Source: Opitutaceae bacterium (GTDB lineage Bacteria; Verrucomicrobiota; Verrucomicrobiia; Opitutales; Opitutaceae). From it: 58,400 nt of DNA. Below the pieces are notes generated by a model. It was not told the DNA's origin and ran no database searches. It saw only the letters and a program-made list of their open reading frames with translations. Shown in pieces: positions 28,975 through 38,613 of this stretch. The translations under genes were made by a program, and so were the position numbers. Each line of letters begins with the position of its first letter. The stretch's first letter is position 1. The stretch covers positions 1 to 58,400 of the forward strand of contig JBJTCH010000383.1 of the NCBI GenBank assembly GCA_046091745.1, given 5' to 3'.

Positions 28975-30120
28975 ATGCCCCTCGCTCGTCCTTTGCTGTT
29001 TTGCGCCGGCCTCGCCGCCGTGAGCTCGTTCTGCGCCGCCGCCGAATCCATCCAGGCCGTGCGCGGCGTCCGCTTCGTCGACCGCACGTCGGCCGCCTGG
29101 CAGTCGCAGCAGGTGCAGGAGCCGTGCATCGTGCCCAATCCCCGCGATCCCACGCGACTCGTGATGCTCTATTCCGGCGTGCCCGCCGCCGACCGGAAAC
29201 GGTGCGACATCGGCAAGGCGTGGGCGCTCCGTTCGGATCCGTTCAAATGGCACGAGGACAAGGCCAACCCCGTCTTCAGCCCCTCGCGCGACGGGTGGGA
29301 CTCGGGCAGCATCCGGCTCGACGCCTTCGTGCACGTGCCGGAGGAGGACGCGTACTATATCTACTACTCCGGCACGCGGCGCACGGTGCAGGACCAGATC
29401 GGCCTCGCGATCTGTCCGGTGGGCGCGGACGGCTATTCCGCTCTCACGCCGGAGGCGATCCGTCGCGTCGGCGACCGGCCGGTGCTGGCGCCGGATCCCG
29501 CCGCGCCGTTCCACGAGGAGATGGCCTCGCAGGCCGCGGTGTGGCGCGAGCGCAACCCCGCCGACGGTGGCTGGGACTGGTACATGTATTATTCCTACCG
29601 CGGGAAGGACGGCGTGCTGCCCGGCCTCCGCCTCGCGACCTCGCGCGACGGCAAGACGTGGACGCGGCGCTTCAACGCCGCCGACCCGCGCGGCATGGGG
29701 CAGATCTTCGAGTCCGTGCCCGGCGCGTATTACGAGTGGCACCAGGTGTTCAAGGTGGACGGCACCTACGTCCTCTCGATCGAGGTCGGCACCGAGAAGG
29801 GCAAGCGCTGGCGGCCGGTGCTCGCGGTGAGCCGGCGGCCCGACACCGGCTGGCGCCAGCTCGACGTCGACACGGCGCTGCAGACGGGTTGGACGGGATT
29901 GTACCGCGACGACACGATGTTCCACGTCGCGACGCCCGCCTTCTACGAGATCGACGGCCGCTGGTACCTGTACGTGCAGGCCTGCCCGTTGCCGGCGAAC
30001 CGCAACTACATCGACGGCGCCTGGGACATGTGGGCGATCGCGTGCGACCGCCGCATCCCCACGCTCCCCGGCCACGCGGACTTGTTCATCCCCGGCCTGC
30101 CGGTGAAGACCGCGCGCTGA
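28975..30120 (+). CDS. secreted five-bladed beta-propeller glycoside hydrolase-like protein
   Basis: Signal peptide; EPCIV, MLYSG, NPVFSP..GWDS, YYIYYSG, IGLA, LATSRDGKTW (Asp-box-like). Confidence 0.65.
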   Translation: MPLARPLLFCAGLAAVSSFCAAAESIQAVRGVRFVDRTSAAWQSQQVQEPCIVPNPRDPTRLVMLYSGVPAADRKRCDIGKAWALRSDPFKWHEDKANPVFSPSRDGWDSGSIRLDAFVHVPEEDAYYIYYSGTRRTVQDQIGLAICPVGADGYSALTPEAIRRVGDRPVLAPDPAAPFHEEMASQAAVWRERNPADGGWDWYMYYSYRGKDGVLPGLRLATSRDGKTWTRRFNAADPRGMGQIFESVPGAYYEWHQVFKVDGTYVLSIEVGTEKGKRWRPVLAVSRRPDTGWRQLDVDTALQTGWTGLYRDDTMFHVATPAFYEIDGRWYLYVQACPLPANRNYIDGAWDMWAIACDRRIPTLPGHADLFIPGLPVKTAR

Positions 30121-30171
30121 ACTCCCGCGGCGCCTTGCGGCCGCCGGGAAACGGCGTTGCGTGCGCCGCCC

Positions 30172-31323
30172 ATGCCGCCGTGCCCTTTCCATGTCCTGAC
30201 CGATGCCTTCGCGGGCTCCCGTGAGGCACCGCCCGCCGTGGAGCCGGCGCCCGACGAGCTGGCCTTCCTCGACGAGGCGCATCACGCGTCGCAGGCCGCG
30301 ACGCGCCGGGAGGAGATCGGTCGGTCGCTGGCGGCGGGCCACCCGGCGCCGCTGACTCCGGCGGAACTCACCTGGGCGGGCCGGATCGCGTGGCGCAACC
30401 ATGCCCGCTGCATCGGCCGCCTCCATTGGCGCAGCCTGCAGGTGCGGGACCATCGCGAACTCACCGCGCCCGCCGATCTCGCCGCGAGCCTCCGCGAGCA
30501 TCTTTCACTCGCGCAAGGCGACGGCACGGTGCGTTCCTATCTCACGGTTTTCGCGCCGGAGGATCCCGCCGCGGGGGCCGCTCCCCGCATCTGGAACGCC
30601 CAGCTTTGCGGCTACGCCGGTTATCGCCGGGCCGATGGCTCCCTCCTCGGCGATCCGGCGAACGAGGCGTTCACGCGGCTTGCGCTTAACCTCGGCTGGT
30701 GCCCGCCGGCCGAGCCCTCCGCCTTCGACCTGCTGCCGTGGGTGATCTCGGGCCGTGACGGGAAGCCCGGGTTGTTCCCGTTGCCCGCCGGGCTCGTGCG
30801 CGAGGTGCGGTTGCGCCACCCGCAACTTCCCTGGTTCGAGGAGCTCGGCCTGCGCTGGTACGCGGTCCCGGTCGTGAGCGACATGCTGCTGCACGCGGCC
30901 GGCACGCGGTTCCCCGCCGCGCCGTTCAACGGCTGGTACCTGGGCACCGAGATCGGCGCGCGCAACCTGGCCGATCCGCACCGCTACAATTTGCTTCCGC
31001 TCATCGCCGAACGGATGGGACTCGACCGCCGGCGCCCCCGCGATCTCTGGCTCGACCGCGCGCTGGTCGAGCTCAACGCCGCCGTGCTGCACTCCTACGA
31101 GGCCGACGGCGTGAAGCTCACCGACCACCACACCGCCTCCGAGGAGTTCATGCGCTTCCTCGGGCGGGAGCGCGACGCCGGCCGCGAGGTCTCGGCGCGC
31201 TGGGACTGGATCGTGCCGCCGATCTCCGCCGCGGCGACGCGCGTGTTCCACACGCCGATGCGCGAGTTCGCGACCACGCCCGACTTCCGCCGTCAGCCGC
31301 CGCCCCCGGGCCGCGCCGGGTGA
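30172..31323 (+). CDS. nos: nitric oxide synthase oxygenase (bacterial NOS)
   Basis: AWRNHARCIGRLHW (heme Cys), RIWNAQL, FDLLP, GLRWYAVPVVSDM, APFNGWYLGTEIGARNLAD..RYN, DRALVELN.AVLHS, DHHTAS, WDWIVPP. Confidence 0.94.
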   Translation: MPPCPFHVLTDAFAGSREAPPAVEPAPDELAFLDEAHHASQAATRREEIGRSLAAGHPAPLTPAELTWAGRIAWRNHARCIGRLHWRSLQVRDHRELTAPADLAASLREHLSLAQGDGTVRSYLTVFAPEDPAAGAAPRIWNAQLCGYAGYRRADGSLLGDPANEAFTRLALNLGWCPPAEPSAFDLLPWVISGRDGKPGLFPLPAGLVREVRLRHPQLPWFEELGLRWYAVPVVSDMLLHAAGTRFPAAPFNGWYLGTEIGARNLADPHRYNLLPLIAERMGLDRRRPRDLWLDRALVELNAAVLHSYEADGVKLTDHHTASEEFMRFLGRERDAGREVSARWDWIVPPISAAATRVFHTPMREFATTPDFRRQPPPPGRAG

Positions 31324-31398
31324 CGCGGCCCGCGCCGGCCGGCGAAAATTCCATCGCCAACGGCGCCGCGGGCCCGATGAATTTGCGTCCTGTTGCCC

Positions 31399-32637
31399 AT
31401 GATCCCCCGCTCCGTTTCCCCGCGCGTCCTCGCGCTCGCGTTGCTCCTCATCCCGGCCGCCCTGCCCGCGGCCGACGCCGCCAAGGCCCCCAAGGGCGCT
31501 GGCAAGAAGGCCGGTCCCGCCGCCCCCGCGCTCCGCATCCGCGTCCAGCAGCTCCACGTCGACAACAACGAGGGGTGCGCCGTCGCCGACTTCAACCGCG
31601 ACGGGAAGCCCGACATCAGCGCCGGCGAGTTCTGGTACGAGGGGCCGGAATTCAAGGTGAAGCGGCAGCTGCGGAAGCTCGAGCCGTTCGGCAAGGACTA
31701 CATGACCAATTGCGGCGAGCACGCGTATGATGTGAACGGGGACGGTTTCCCCGACATCGTCACGGGCGCGTTCATGGACTCGAAGGTCTACTGGTACGAG
31801 AACCCCGGCGCCGCCGGCCTGCAGTCGGGCGCGCTCTGGAAGCAGCACGTGCTCGTCGAGACCCAGCTCACCCAGAACGAGTGGACGGCTTTGCGCGACA
31901 TGGATGGCGACGGCGTGCCCGAGTACGTGGTCAATTCCTACGGACCCGCCAACGCCATGATGGCGTACCGCTTCGCGAAGGGCCCGGGCGGCGGGCCGGT
32001 CCTCACGCCCTGGATGATCCAGCCCGGCGCGCCGTTCGTGAACGGCCACGGCATCGGTTTCGGCGACATCAACGGTGACGGTCGCGAGGACCTCATCTAC
32101 GGCAACGGCTGGTACGAGCGTCCGGCTTCCGGCGCGTCCGCGCAGCCCTGGCGCCGGCACGCCGACTGGACCTGGCCGCACGCGAGCACACCCATGATCG
32201 TGGTCGATCTCACCGGCGATGGCCGCAACGACATCATCTGGGGCCACGGCCACAACTACGGCCTGTATTGGGAGGAGCAGCGTGATCCCAACCGCGACGG
32301 CAGCACCAATTGGCGGCACCACGTGATCGACGACAAGATCTCCCAGAACCACTGCCTCGTGTGGGAGGACATCGACAACGACGGCAAACCCGAGCTGATC
32401 ACCGGCCGCCGCGTGCGCGCCCACAGCGGCGGCGATCCCGGGGACAACGAGCCCGGCTGCGTCGCGATGTACAAGTGGAACGCCGCCGAGAAACGCTTCA
32501 CCAAGCACATGCTCGCCGACGGCGGCCCCGGCACCGGCCTGCAGATCCGCGTGGCCGACCTCGATGGCAACGGCTGGAAGGACATCGTCTGCGCCGGCAA
32601 GAGCGGCACCCACATCCTCTGGAACGCCGGCCGCTGA
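31399..32637 (+). CDS. secreted FG-GAP/VCBS repeat protein
   Basis: Signal peptide; repeated DxNxDGxxD Ca-binding loops (DFNRDGKPD, DVNGDGFPD, DINGDGRED, DLDGNGWKD). Confidence 0.9.
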   Translation: MIPRSVSPRVLALALLLIPAALPAADAAKAPKGAGKKAGPAAPALRIRVQQLHVDNNEGCAVADFNRDGKPDISAGEFWYEGPEFKVKRQLRKLEPFGKDYMTNCGEHAYDVNGDGFPDIVTGAFMDSKVYWYENPGAAGLQSGALWKQHVLVETQLTQNEWTALRDMDGDGVPEYVVNSYGPANAMMAYRFAKGPGGGPVLTPWMIQPGAPFVNGHGIGFGDINGDGREDLIYGNGWYERPASGASAQPWRRHADWTWPHASTPMIVVDLTGDGRNDIIWGHGHNYGLYWEEQRDPNRDGSTNWRHHVIDDKISQNHCLVWEDIDNDGKPELITGRRVRAHSGGDPGDNEPGCVAMYKWNAAEKRFTKHMLADGGPGTGLQIRVADLDGNGWKDIVCAGKSGTHILWNAGR

Positions 32638-32782
32638 TCGCGTGGCGGAGACCCTCCCTCGCTCTCGCCACTTTCTCCCTCGTTCCCTTTCCCTGATCCC
32701 TCCCGGCGCAGCGTAGCCGCGCTGGGGAATTGACCCGCGGTCCCATCCGCGGCGTAAACGCAGACCCGCGATTTTTACCACC

Positions 32783-34072
32783 ATGAACCTCGAAACCCTC
32801 TGCCTCCACGGCGGCACGCAACCCGATCCCACCACGCTCGCCCGCGCGGTCCCGCTCTACCGGACGAGCTCGTTCGTCTTCAAGAGCGCCGAGCACGCGG
32901 CGAACCTTTTCGCGCTGAAGGAGCTCGGGAACATCTACACGCGCCTGATGAACCCGACGACCGACGCGCTGGAGAAGCGCGTCGCGCTGCTCGAGGGCGC
33001 GCATGAGCTCGGCGGCCTCGGCCTCGCCTCCGGCACGAGCGCGATCTTCTACTCGATCATCAATCTCGCCTCGGCCGGCGACAACATCGTGTCGGCGCGC
33101 AACCTGTACGGCGGCACTTACACGCAGTTCAACGACATCCTCCCCGCGCTCGGCATCACGGTGAAGTTCGTCGACTCGAACGACCCGCAGAACTTCGCCC
33201 GCGCGATCGACGGCCGCACCCGCGCCTTGTTCTGCGAGACCGTCTCCAACCCCGCGCTGGAGGTCACCGATCTCGACGCCGTCTCCGCCATCGCGCGCGG
33301 CGCCGGCATCCCGCTGATCGTCGACTCCACGTTCTCCACGCCGTACCTCACGCGCCCGCTCGACCACGGCGCCGACATCGTCGTCCACTCGCTCACGAAG
33401 TGGTTCGGCGGCCACGGCAACGGGATCGGGGGCGTCGTCGTCGACAGCGGCCGCTTCCAGTGGGCCGCCGGCAAGCACCCGCTCTACACCAACCCCGACA
33501 ACAGCTACCATGGGCTGCGCTGGGGCGTGGACCTGCCGGCGCCGTTGCTGCCGCTCGCGTTCATCCTGCGCATGCGCACCGTCCCGCTGCGCAACCTCGG
33601 CGCCTGCATCGCGCCCGACAACTCCTGGATGTTCCTGCAGGGCATCGAGACGCTCGCGCTGCGCATGGAGCGGCATTGCGCCAACTCGCTTGCCGTCGCG
33701 CAGCACCTCAAGTCGCACCGCGCGGTCGACTGGGTGCGTTTCCCGGGCCTGCCCGACGACCCGCAGTACGCCGCCAACCGGAAATACCTGCGCGGCAAGG
33801 GCGGCTCGATGGTCGTCTTCGGCATCAAGGGCGGCCGCGAGGCCGGCAAGAAGTTCATCGACGCGCTGAAGCTCTTCTCGCACCTCGCCAACGTCGGCGA
33901 CGCGAAGAGCCTTGCGATCCATCCGGCCACCACGACCCACTCGCAGCTCAGCGCGGAGCAGCAGCTCAAGGGCGGCATCAAGCCCGAGCTCATCCGCCTC
34001 AGCGTCGGCATCGAGCACATCGACGACATCCTGAAGGACGTCGACCAGGCGCTCGCCGCCGCGACGAAGTGA
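32783..34072 (+). CDS. metY: O-acetylhomoserine aminocarboxypropyltransferase/cysteine synthase
   Basis: GNIYTRLMNPT, LYGGT, VHSLTKW (PLP Lys), FLQGIETLALRM, LANVGDAKSL.IHPATTTH, IRLSVGIE. Confidence 0.93.
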   Translation: MNLETLCLHGGTQPDPTTLARAVPLYRTSSFVFKSAEHAANLFALKELGNIYTRLMNPTTDALEKRVALLEGAHELGGLGLASGTSAIFYSIINLASAGDNIVSARNLYGGTYTQFNDILPALGITVKFVDSNDPQNFARAIDGRTRALFCETVSNPALEVTDLDAVSAIARGAGIPLIVDSTFSTPYLTRPLDHGADIVVHSLTKWFGGHGNGIGGVVVDSGRFQWAAGKHPLYTNPDNSYHGLRWGVDLPAPLLPLAFILRMRTVPLRNLGACIAPDNSWMFLQGIETLALRMERHCANSLAVAQHLKSHRAVDWVRFPGLPDDPQYAANRKYLRGKGGSMVVFGIKGGREAGKKFIDALKLFSHLANVGDAKSLAIHPATTTHSQLSAEQQLKGGIKPELIRLSVGIEHIDDILKDVDQALAAATK

Positions 34073-34080
34073 GTCTCCCC

Positions 34081-34113
34081 GCCGCGGGCGTTCCGCCGGA
34101 CAACGCCCGCGGC
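34081..34113 (+). terminator. GC-rich hairpin after metY (terminator-like)
   Basis: GCCGCGGGCGTT-N9-AACGCCCGCGGC directly after the stop codon; no clear U-tract. Confidence 0.45.
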
Positions 34114-34295
34114 GCGGGGTATCACCTTATTGGATTCGGGGCGTTCCCGCGATTCCTTCGCAAACCTTCCGGTCGGCCGGCCCTTCCCTGAAGCCGAGGC
34201 GGTCGCCTCGGGCCTTTCCGCCCACCCGGCTGCCGACCTCGTCACGAATCTCCACGGTCCCGCCGGTCTTCCTCTCCCGCCATCGCGCCCCCTTC

Positions 34296-37200
34296 ATGCA
34301 CTCGCGTCTCGCCGCCCTCTTCCTCGCGTTCGCCTTTCCCATCCTCGCCGCCCAGCCCGCGCCGTTTGAGCTGCGCGACGGCGATCGCGTGGTCCTAGTC
34401 GGCGACGGGATCGCCGAGGGCGAGCAGTACCACGGTTGGATCGAGCTCATGCTCACGACGCGCTTCCCGGACCGCGGCGTCACCTTCCGCAACCTCGGCT
34501 GGAGCGGCGACACCCCCGCGGGTGACTCCCGCTTCGGCCTCAGTCTCCTGCAGGCGGGACGCGAGCCGGCCGACGAGGGCTGGAACCAGCTCGTGCGCCA
34601 GATCGAGGAGACCAAGCCGACCGTCGTTCTCGCCGCCTACGGCATGGCGAGCTCGTTCGACGGCGAGTCGGGGCTCGCCCGTTTCAAGGCCGATTACAGC
34701 CGGCTGCTCGACGTGATCGCGCGGGTCTCGCCCGGCGCCCGCCTCGTGCTGCTGTCGCCGATCCGGCACGAGAACCTCGGCGCGCCTTGGACCGACGGCG
34801 CGGCGCACAACGCGCAGCTCGCCGCCTACGCCCGCGCGGTGGGCGAGATCGCCGCCGCCCGCGGCGCGCGGCACGTTCCGCTCTTCGAGCTCACGACGGG
34901 GCCGGCCGCCGGTGCGGCGCCGCTCACCACGAACGGCATCCAGCCCTCGGGCCCCGGCTACCGGCGGCTCGCCGAGCGCGTCGAGGAGAACCTGTTCGGC
35001 GCGCCCGGCCCGTGGCGCACCAGCACGCAGAGCGAGCCGCTCCGCCGCGCGATCATCACGAAGAACGAGTGGTTCTTCCACCGCTCCCGGCCGGCCAACA
35101 TGGCGTACATCTTCGGATTCCGGAAACGCGAGCAGGGGCGCAACGCCGCGGAGGTCGTGAAGTTCGACGAGTTCATCGCCGCCGAGGAGGCGCGCATCGC
35201 GAAACTGCGCGGGCTGCAGCTCGTCGACGTGCCGGAGACCCCGCGCCGCGTCGGCAACGCCGCCGCCGTCTTCACGCCGCAGGCCCATCCGCGTTTCGAG
35301 GTCGCGGAGGGTTTCGAGGTTTCGCTCTGGGCCGAAAATCCGCTGCTCCACAAACCGATCCAGATGAACTTCGACGCCCGCGGCCGCCTCTGGGTCGCGA
35401 GCTCCGAGCTCTACCCGCAGATCGAGCCGGGCCAGGCGCAGACCGACAAGATCATCGTGCTCGAGGACACCACCGGCGCCGGCAAAGCCGACAAGGCCAC
35501 CGTGTTCGCCGACGGCCTGCTCATCCCGACCGGCCTCGAGGTCGGCCACGGCGGCGTCTATGTCGCGCAAAGCACCGAACTCCTCCACTTCCGCGATAAC
35601 GATGGTGACGGCAAATCCGACGAGCGCCGCGTGATCCTCAGCGGCTTCGGCACCGAGGACACCCACCACAATCTGCACACGCTGCGCTGGGGCCCCGACG
35701 GGCGCCTGTTTCTAAGTCAATCCGTCTACACCCGCACCAACGCCGAGACGCCGCACGGCGTCACGCGCCTGATGGCCGGCGGCATCTTCCGCCTCGACCC
35801 GCGTGACCAGCGCATGGAGGTGCTTTACCGCGGCTGGGTGAACTCGTGGGGCCACCAGTTCGACGACTTCGGCCAGTCGTTCGCCACGGACGGCGCCGGC
35901 GGCGCCGGGATCAACTGGGCGGTACCGGGCGCCACCTACCGCACGCTCGCCCCGGCGCGCCGCGAGTTGCAGAGCATCAGCCCCGGCAGTTACCCGAAGT
36001 TCTGCGGACTCGAGATCATCCGCAGCGCGCACTTTCCCGCCGACTGGCAGGGCGACTTCATCACCGCCGATTTCCGCGCCCACCGCATCGTACGCTTCAA
36101 GGCCGCGGAACAGGGCTCCGGTTACATCACTTCCGAGCTGCCCGATGTGCTCCGTACCACCGCCGATTCCTTCCGCCCGATCGACATCCGCCTCGGGCCC
36201 GACGGCGCCCTCTATGTCGCCGACTGGAGCAACCCGATCATCCAGCACGGCGAGGTCGATTTCCGCGATCCGCGCCGCGACAAGTCCCACGGCCGTATCT
36301 GGCGCATCAGCGTGAAGGGCCGCGCGCCGCTTCCGCGCACCGACCTCACGCGGCTCGCCAACCGCGACCTGCTCGAGCGCCTCGCCGGCCCCAATGGCTA
36401 CGAGCAGGAGCAGTCCCGCCGCGTGCTCGTGGAGCGCGGCGCGGCGGCGGTGAGTCCCGACCTTGAATCGTGGGCCGCCCGCCAGACCACCGAACCCGCG
36501 AAGCTACAGGGCCTGTGGTTACGGCAGGCTTTCAACGCCCCTCCGGCCGACGCCGCCGGCCTGCTCGCTGCAAAAGATCCTCGGGTCCGTGCCGCGGCGG
36601 TCCGCGCGCTTCCCGTCGAGGGCGCTTTGCCGCGGCTGGAGAAACTCGTCGCCGATCCGCACCCGCGCGTGCGCCTCGAGGCCGTCCGGGACCTGGGTCG
36701 CCAGGGTTCGGCGCGCGCCGCCGAGCTTGCCCTGTCCGCGCTCGATCACCCGATGGATCCGTATCTCGACTACGCGCTGTGGCTCACCGTCAACGAACTC
36801 GCGGGTCCGTGGCTCGACGCGGTGAAGTCGGGCGGGTGGCGCATCGCCGGACGCGAGAAGCAGCTCGAGTTCGGCCTCAAGGCCGTCGAGCCCGCGCTCG
36901 CCGCCGGCGCCGTCGCGCAGTTGATTGCGCGTCAGGGCATCCCGGCCGACGGCTCCGGTCCTTGGATCGAGCTCATCGGGTCCGCGGGTGGCTCCGCGGA
37001 ACTCCGCCGTCTCGTCGATCTCGTCACCGGTGGAACCCTGAAAGGCGCGGCCGCCGTTCGCGCGCTGTCGGCGTTGACGGAAGCCGCGCGGTTGCGCGAC
37101 GCGAAGCCGCCGGTGGAGCCGGCGACGCTGGGTGCGCTCTTTGATTCTTCCGACGCCACGATCCGCCGCGCCGCGGTGCAGCTCGCCGGCGCGTGGAAGG

Positions 37201-38537
37201 CGGCCGCGTTGGTTCCCCGTCTCACCACGCTAGCCGTGGGCGAGGACCGAGCCGTGGTTTTCGCGGCGTTGCGTGACATCGGCGGCAACACCGTCGTCGC
37301 CGCGCTCACCAAACTGGTCGCAGCCGATTCGCCGGCCACGCCCGAGGTGCGCCGCGAGGCGGTGGTCGTGCTCGCCGCGCTCAACGCCAACGCCGCCCTG
37401 CCGGCGGTCATCGCCACCTTGCGCGCGACCACCGGTGAGGCCGAGGCGCAGGCGCTTTGGCGCGCGCTGCTGGGCATTCGTGGTTTCAGCGCAAAACTCG
37501 CCGCCGAGTTGCCGAAGGTCGAACTGCCCGCGGTGGCCGCCCGGGCCGGTCTGCGTCCTGCGCGCGAGGGTACGCAGCATCAGGCGCTCGTGCCGGTGCT
37601 GCTCAAGGCCGCGGGACTGACGGTCGCCGGCGCGCAACTCTCGGCCGACGAAATGCGCGTGTTGGCGCGGGAGGCGCTCACAAAGGGCGATCCGGCGCGC
37701 GGCGAGGCGCTTTACCGTCGGGCGGAGCTGGCCTGCGTGTCGTGCCACGCCATCGGCGGCGCGGGCGGCAAACTCGGGCCCGATCTCACCAGCATCGGCG
37801 CATCGGCGCCGGCGGACTACCTCGTCGAGTCGCTGCTCTACCCCAACGCCAAGATCAAGGAAGGCTACCACTCCGTGCTGCTCTCCACGACCGACGGCCG
37901 CGAGTTCAGCGGCATGATCACGCGCGAGACCGAGACCGAGATCCTGCTCCGCGACGCCGCCAACCAGGTGGTGTCCGTTCCCGCCAAATCCGTCGCGCGC
38001 CGCACCAGCGTGGGTTCGCTCATGCCGGCGGGCCTGCTCGACTCGCTCCTGCCCGAGGAGCGCCTCGACCTGTTCCGCTTCCTCGCGCAGCTCGGCAAGC
38101 CGGGAGAGTTCGACGCCGCGCGCGGCGGCGTGGCGCGTCTGTGGAAACTCTACCTCATCACGAGCGGCAACCAGCACCTCGGCTCGGAGCGTGTCGTCGC
38201 CGGCGACTTCGCGCTGCCGGGCTGGGCGACCGCGCTTTCACTCACGAGCGGCGCGCTGCCCGGCACCGAGGTCGAGCAGTCCTTCGGCCAGCGCGGCAAC
38301 AGCCGCGGTCTCTTCGCGGCCACGCAATTCGAGTCGGCCCGCGGCGGCGCCGTCACCTTCACGCTGGCAGGTGAGGCGACTGGCGCCTGGCTCAACGGGG
38401 AGCTCGTGCGTCCCGGCGCGACGTTCACCGCCAACGCTCGGCCGGGACTCAACACGCTGGTGCTCCAGCTCAACTCCGCGCGCCCGCCGGCGTCGTTGCG
38501 CCTCGCCTCCAACGACGTCGCGTTCCGGACGGAGTGA
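34296..38537 (+). CDS. PVC-type heme-binding protein: SGNH-like domain + dehydrogenase-like beta-propeller + HEAT repeats + CxxCH cytochrome
   Basis: Signal peptide; FRNLGWSGD; NFDARGRLWV, DNDGDGKSD, WGPDG, FRPID..GPDGALYVADW; HEAT repeats (DPRVRAAAV); GDPARG..CVSCH..GPDL, SLMP. Confidence 0.9.
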   Translation: MHSRLAALFLAFAFPILAAQPAPFELRDGDRVVLVGDGIAEGEQYHGWIELMLTTRFPDRGVTFRNLGWSGDTPAGDSRFGLSLLQAGREPADEGWNQLVRQIEETKPTVVLAAYGMASSFDGESGLARFKADYSRLLDVIARVSPGARLVLLSPIRHENLGAPWTDGAAHNAQLAAYARAVGEIAAARGARHVPLFELTTGPAAGAAPLTTNGIQPSGPGYRRLAERVEENLFGAPGPWRTSTQSEPLRRAIITKNEWFFHRSRPANMAYIFGFRKREQGRNAAEVVKFDEFIAAEEARIAKLRGLQLVDVPETPRRVGNAAAVFTPQAHPRFEVAEGFEVSLWAENPLLHKPIQMNFDARGRLWVASSELYPQIEPGQAQTDKIIVLEDTTGAGKADKATVFADGLLIPTGLEVGHGGVYVAQSTELLHFRDNDGDGKSDERRVILSGFGTEDTHHNLHTLRWGPDGRLFLSQSVYTRTNAETPHGVTRLMAGGIFRLDPRDQRMEVLYRGWVNSWGHQFDDFGQSFATDGAGGAGINWAVPGATYRTLAPARRELQSISPGSYPKFCGLEIIRSAHFPADWQGDFITADFRAHRIVRFKAAEQGSGYITSELPDVLRTTADSFRPIDIRLGPDGALYVADWSNPIIQHGEVDFRDPRRDKSHGRIWRISVKGRAPLPRTDLTRLANRDLLERLAGPNGYEQEQSRRVLVERGAAAVSPDLESWAARQTTEPAKLQGLWLRQAFNAPPADAAGLLAAKDPRVRAAAVRALPVEGALPRLEKLVADPHPRVRLEAVRDLGRQGSARAAELALSALDHPMDPYLDYALWLTVNELAGPWLDAVKSGGWRIAGREKQLEFGLKAVEPALAAGAVAQLIARQGIPADGSGPWIELIGSAGGSAELRRLVDLVTGGTLKGAAAVRALSALTEAARLRDAKPPVEPATLGALFDSSDATIRRAAVQLAGAWKAAALVPRLTTLAVGEDRAVVFAALRDIGGNTVVAALTKLVAADSPATPEVRREAVVVLAALNANAALPAVIATLRATTGEAEAQALWRALLGIRGFSAKLAAELPKVELPAVAARAGLRPAREGTQHQALVPVLLKAAGLTVAGAQLSADEMRVLAREALTKGDPARGEALYRRAELACVSCHAIGGAGGKLGPDLTSIGASAPADYLVESLLYPNAKIKEGYHSVLLSTTDGREFSGMITRETETEILLRDAANQVVSVPAKSVARRTSVGSLMPAGLLDSLLPEERLDLFRFLAQLGKPGEFDAARGGVARLWKLYLITSGNQHLGSERVVAGDFALPGWATALSLTSGALPGTEVEQSFGQRGNSRGLFAATQFESARGGAVTFTLAGEATGAWLNGELVRPGATFTANARPGLNTLVLQLNSARPPASLRLASNDVAFRTE

Positions 38538-38613
38538 GACGTCCCTTCGTTCCGCGGGGTCACCCCTGCTTTCGTCTTGAAGGTGCCCACGTCGCGCGCC
38601 GTCGTCGGCCTCC

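Noticed and set aside
32638-32782. SAM riboswitch upstream of metY
   Set aside because: No SAM-I or SAM-II conserved core seen; the region holds a hairpin, a short repeat-family copy and a TTGACC promoter-like element.
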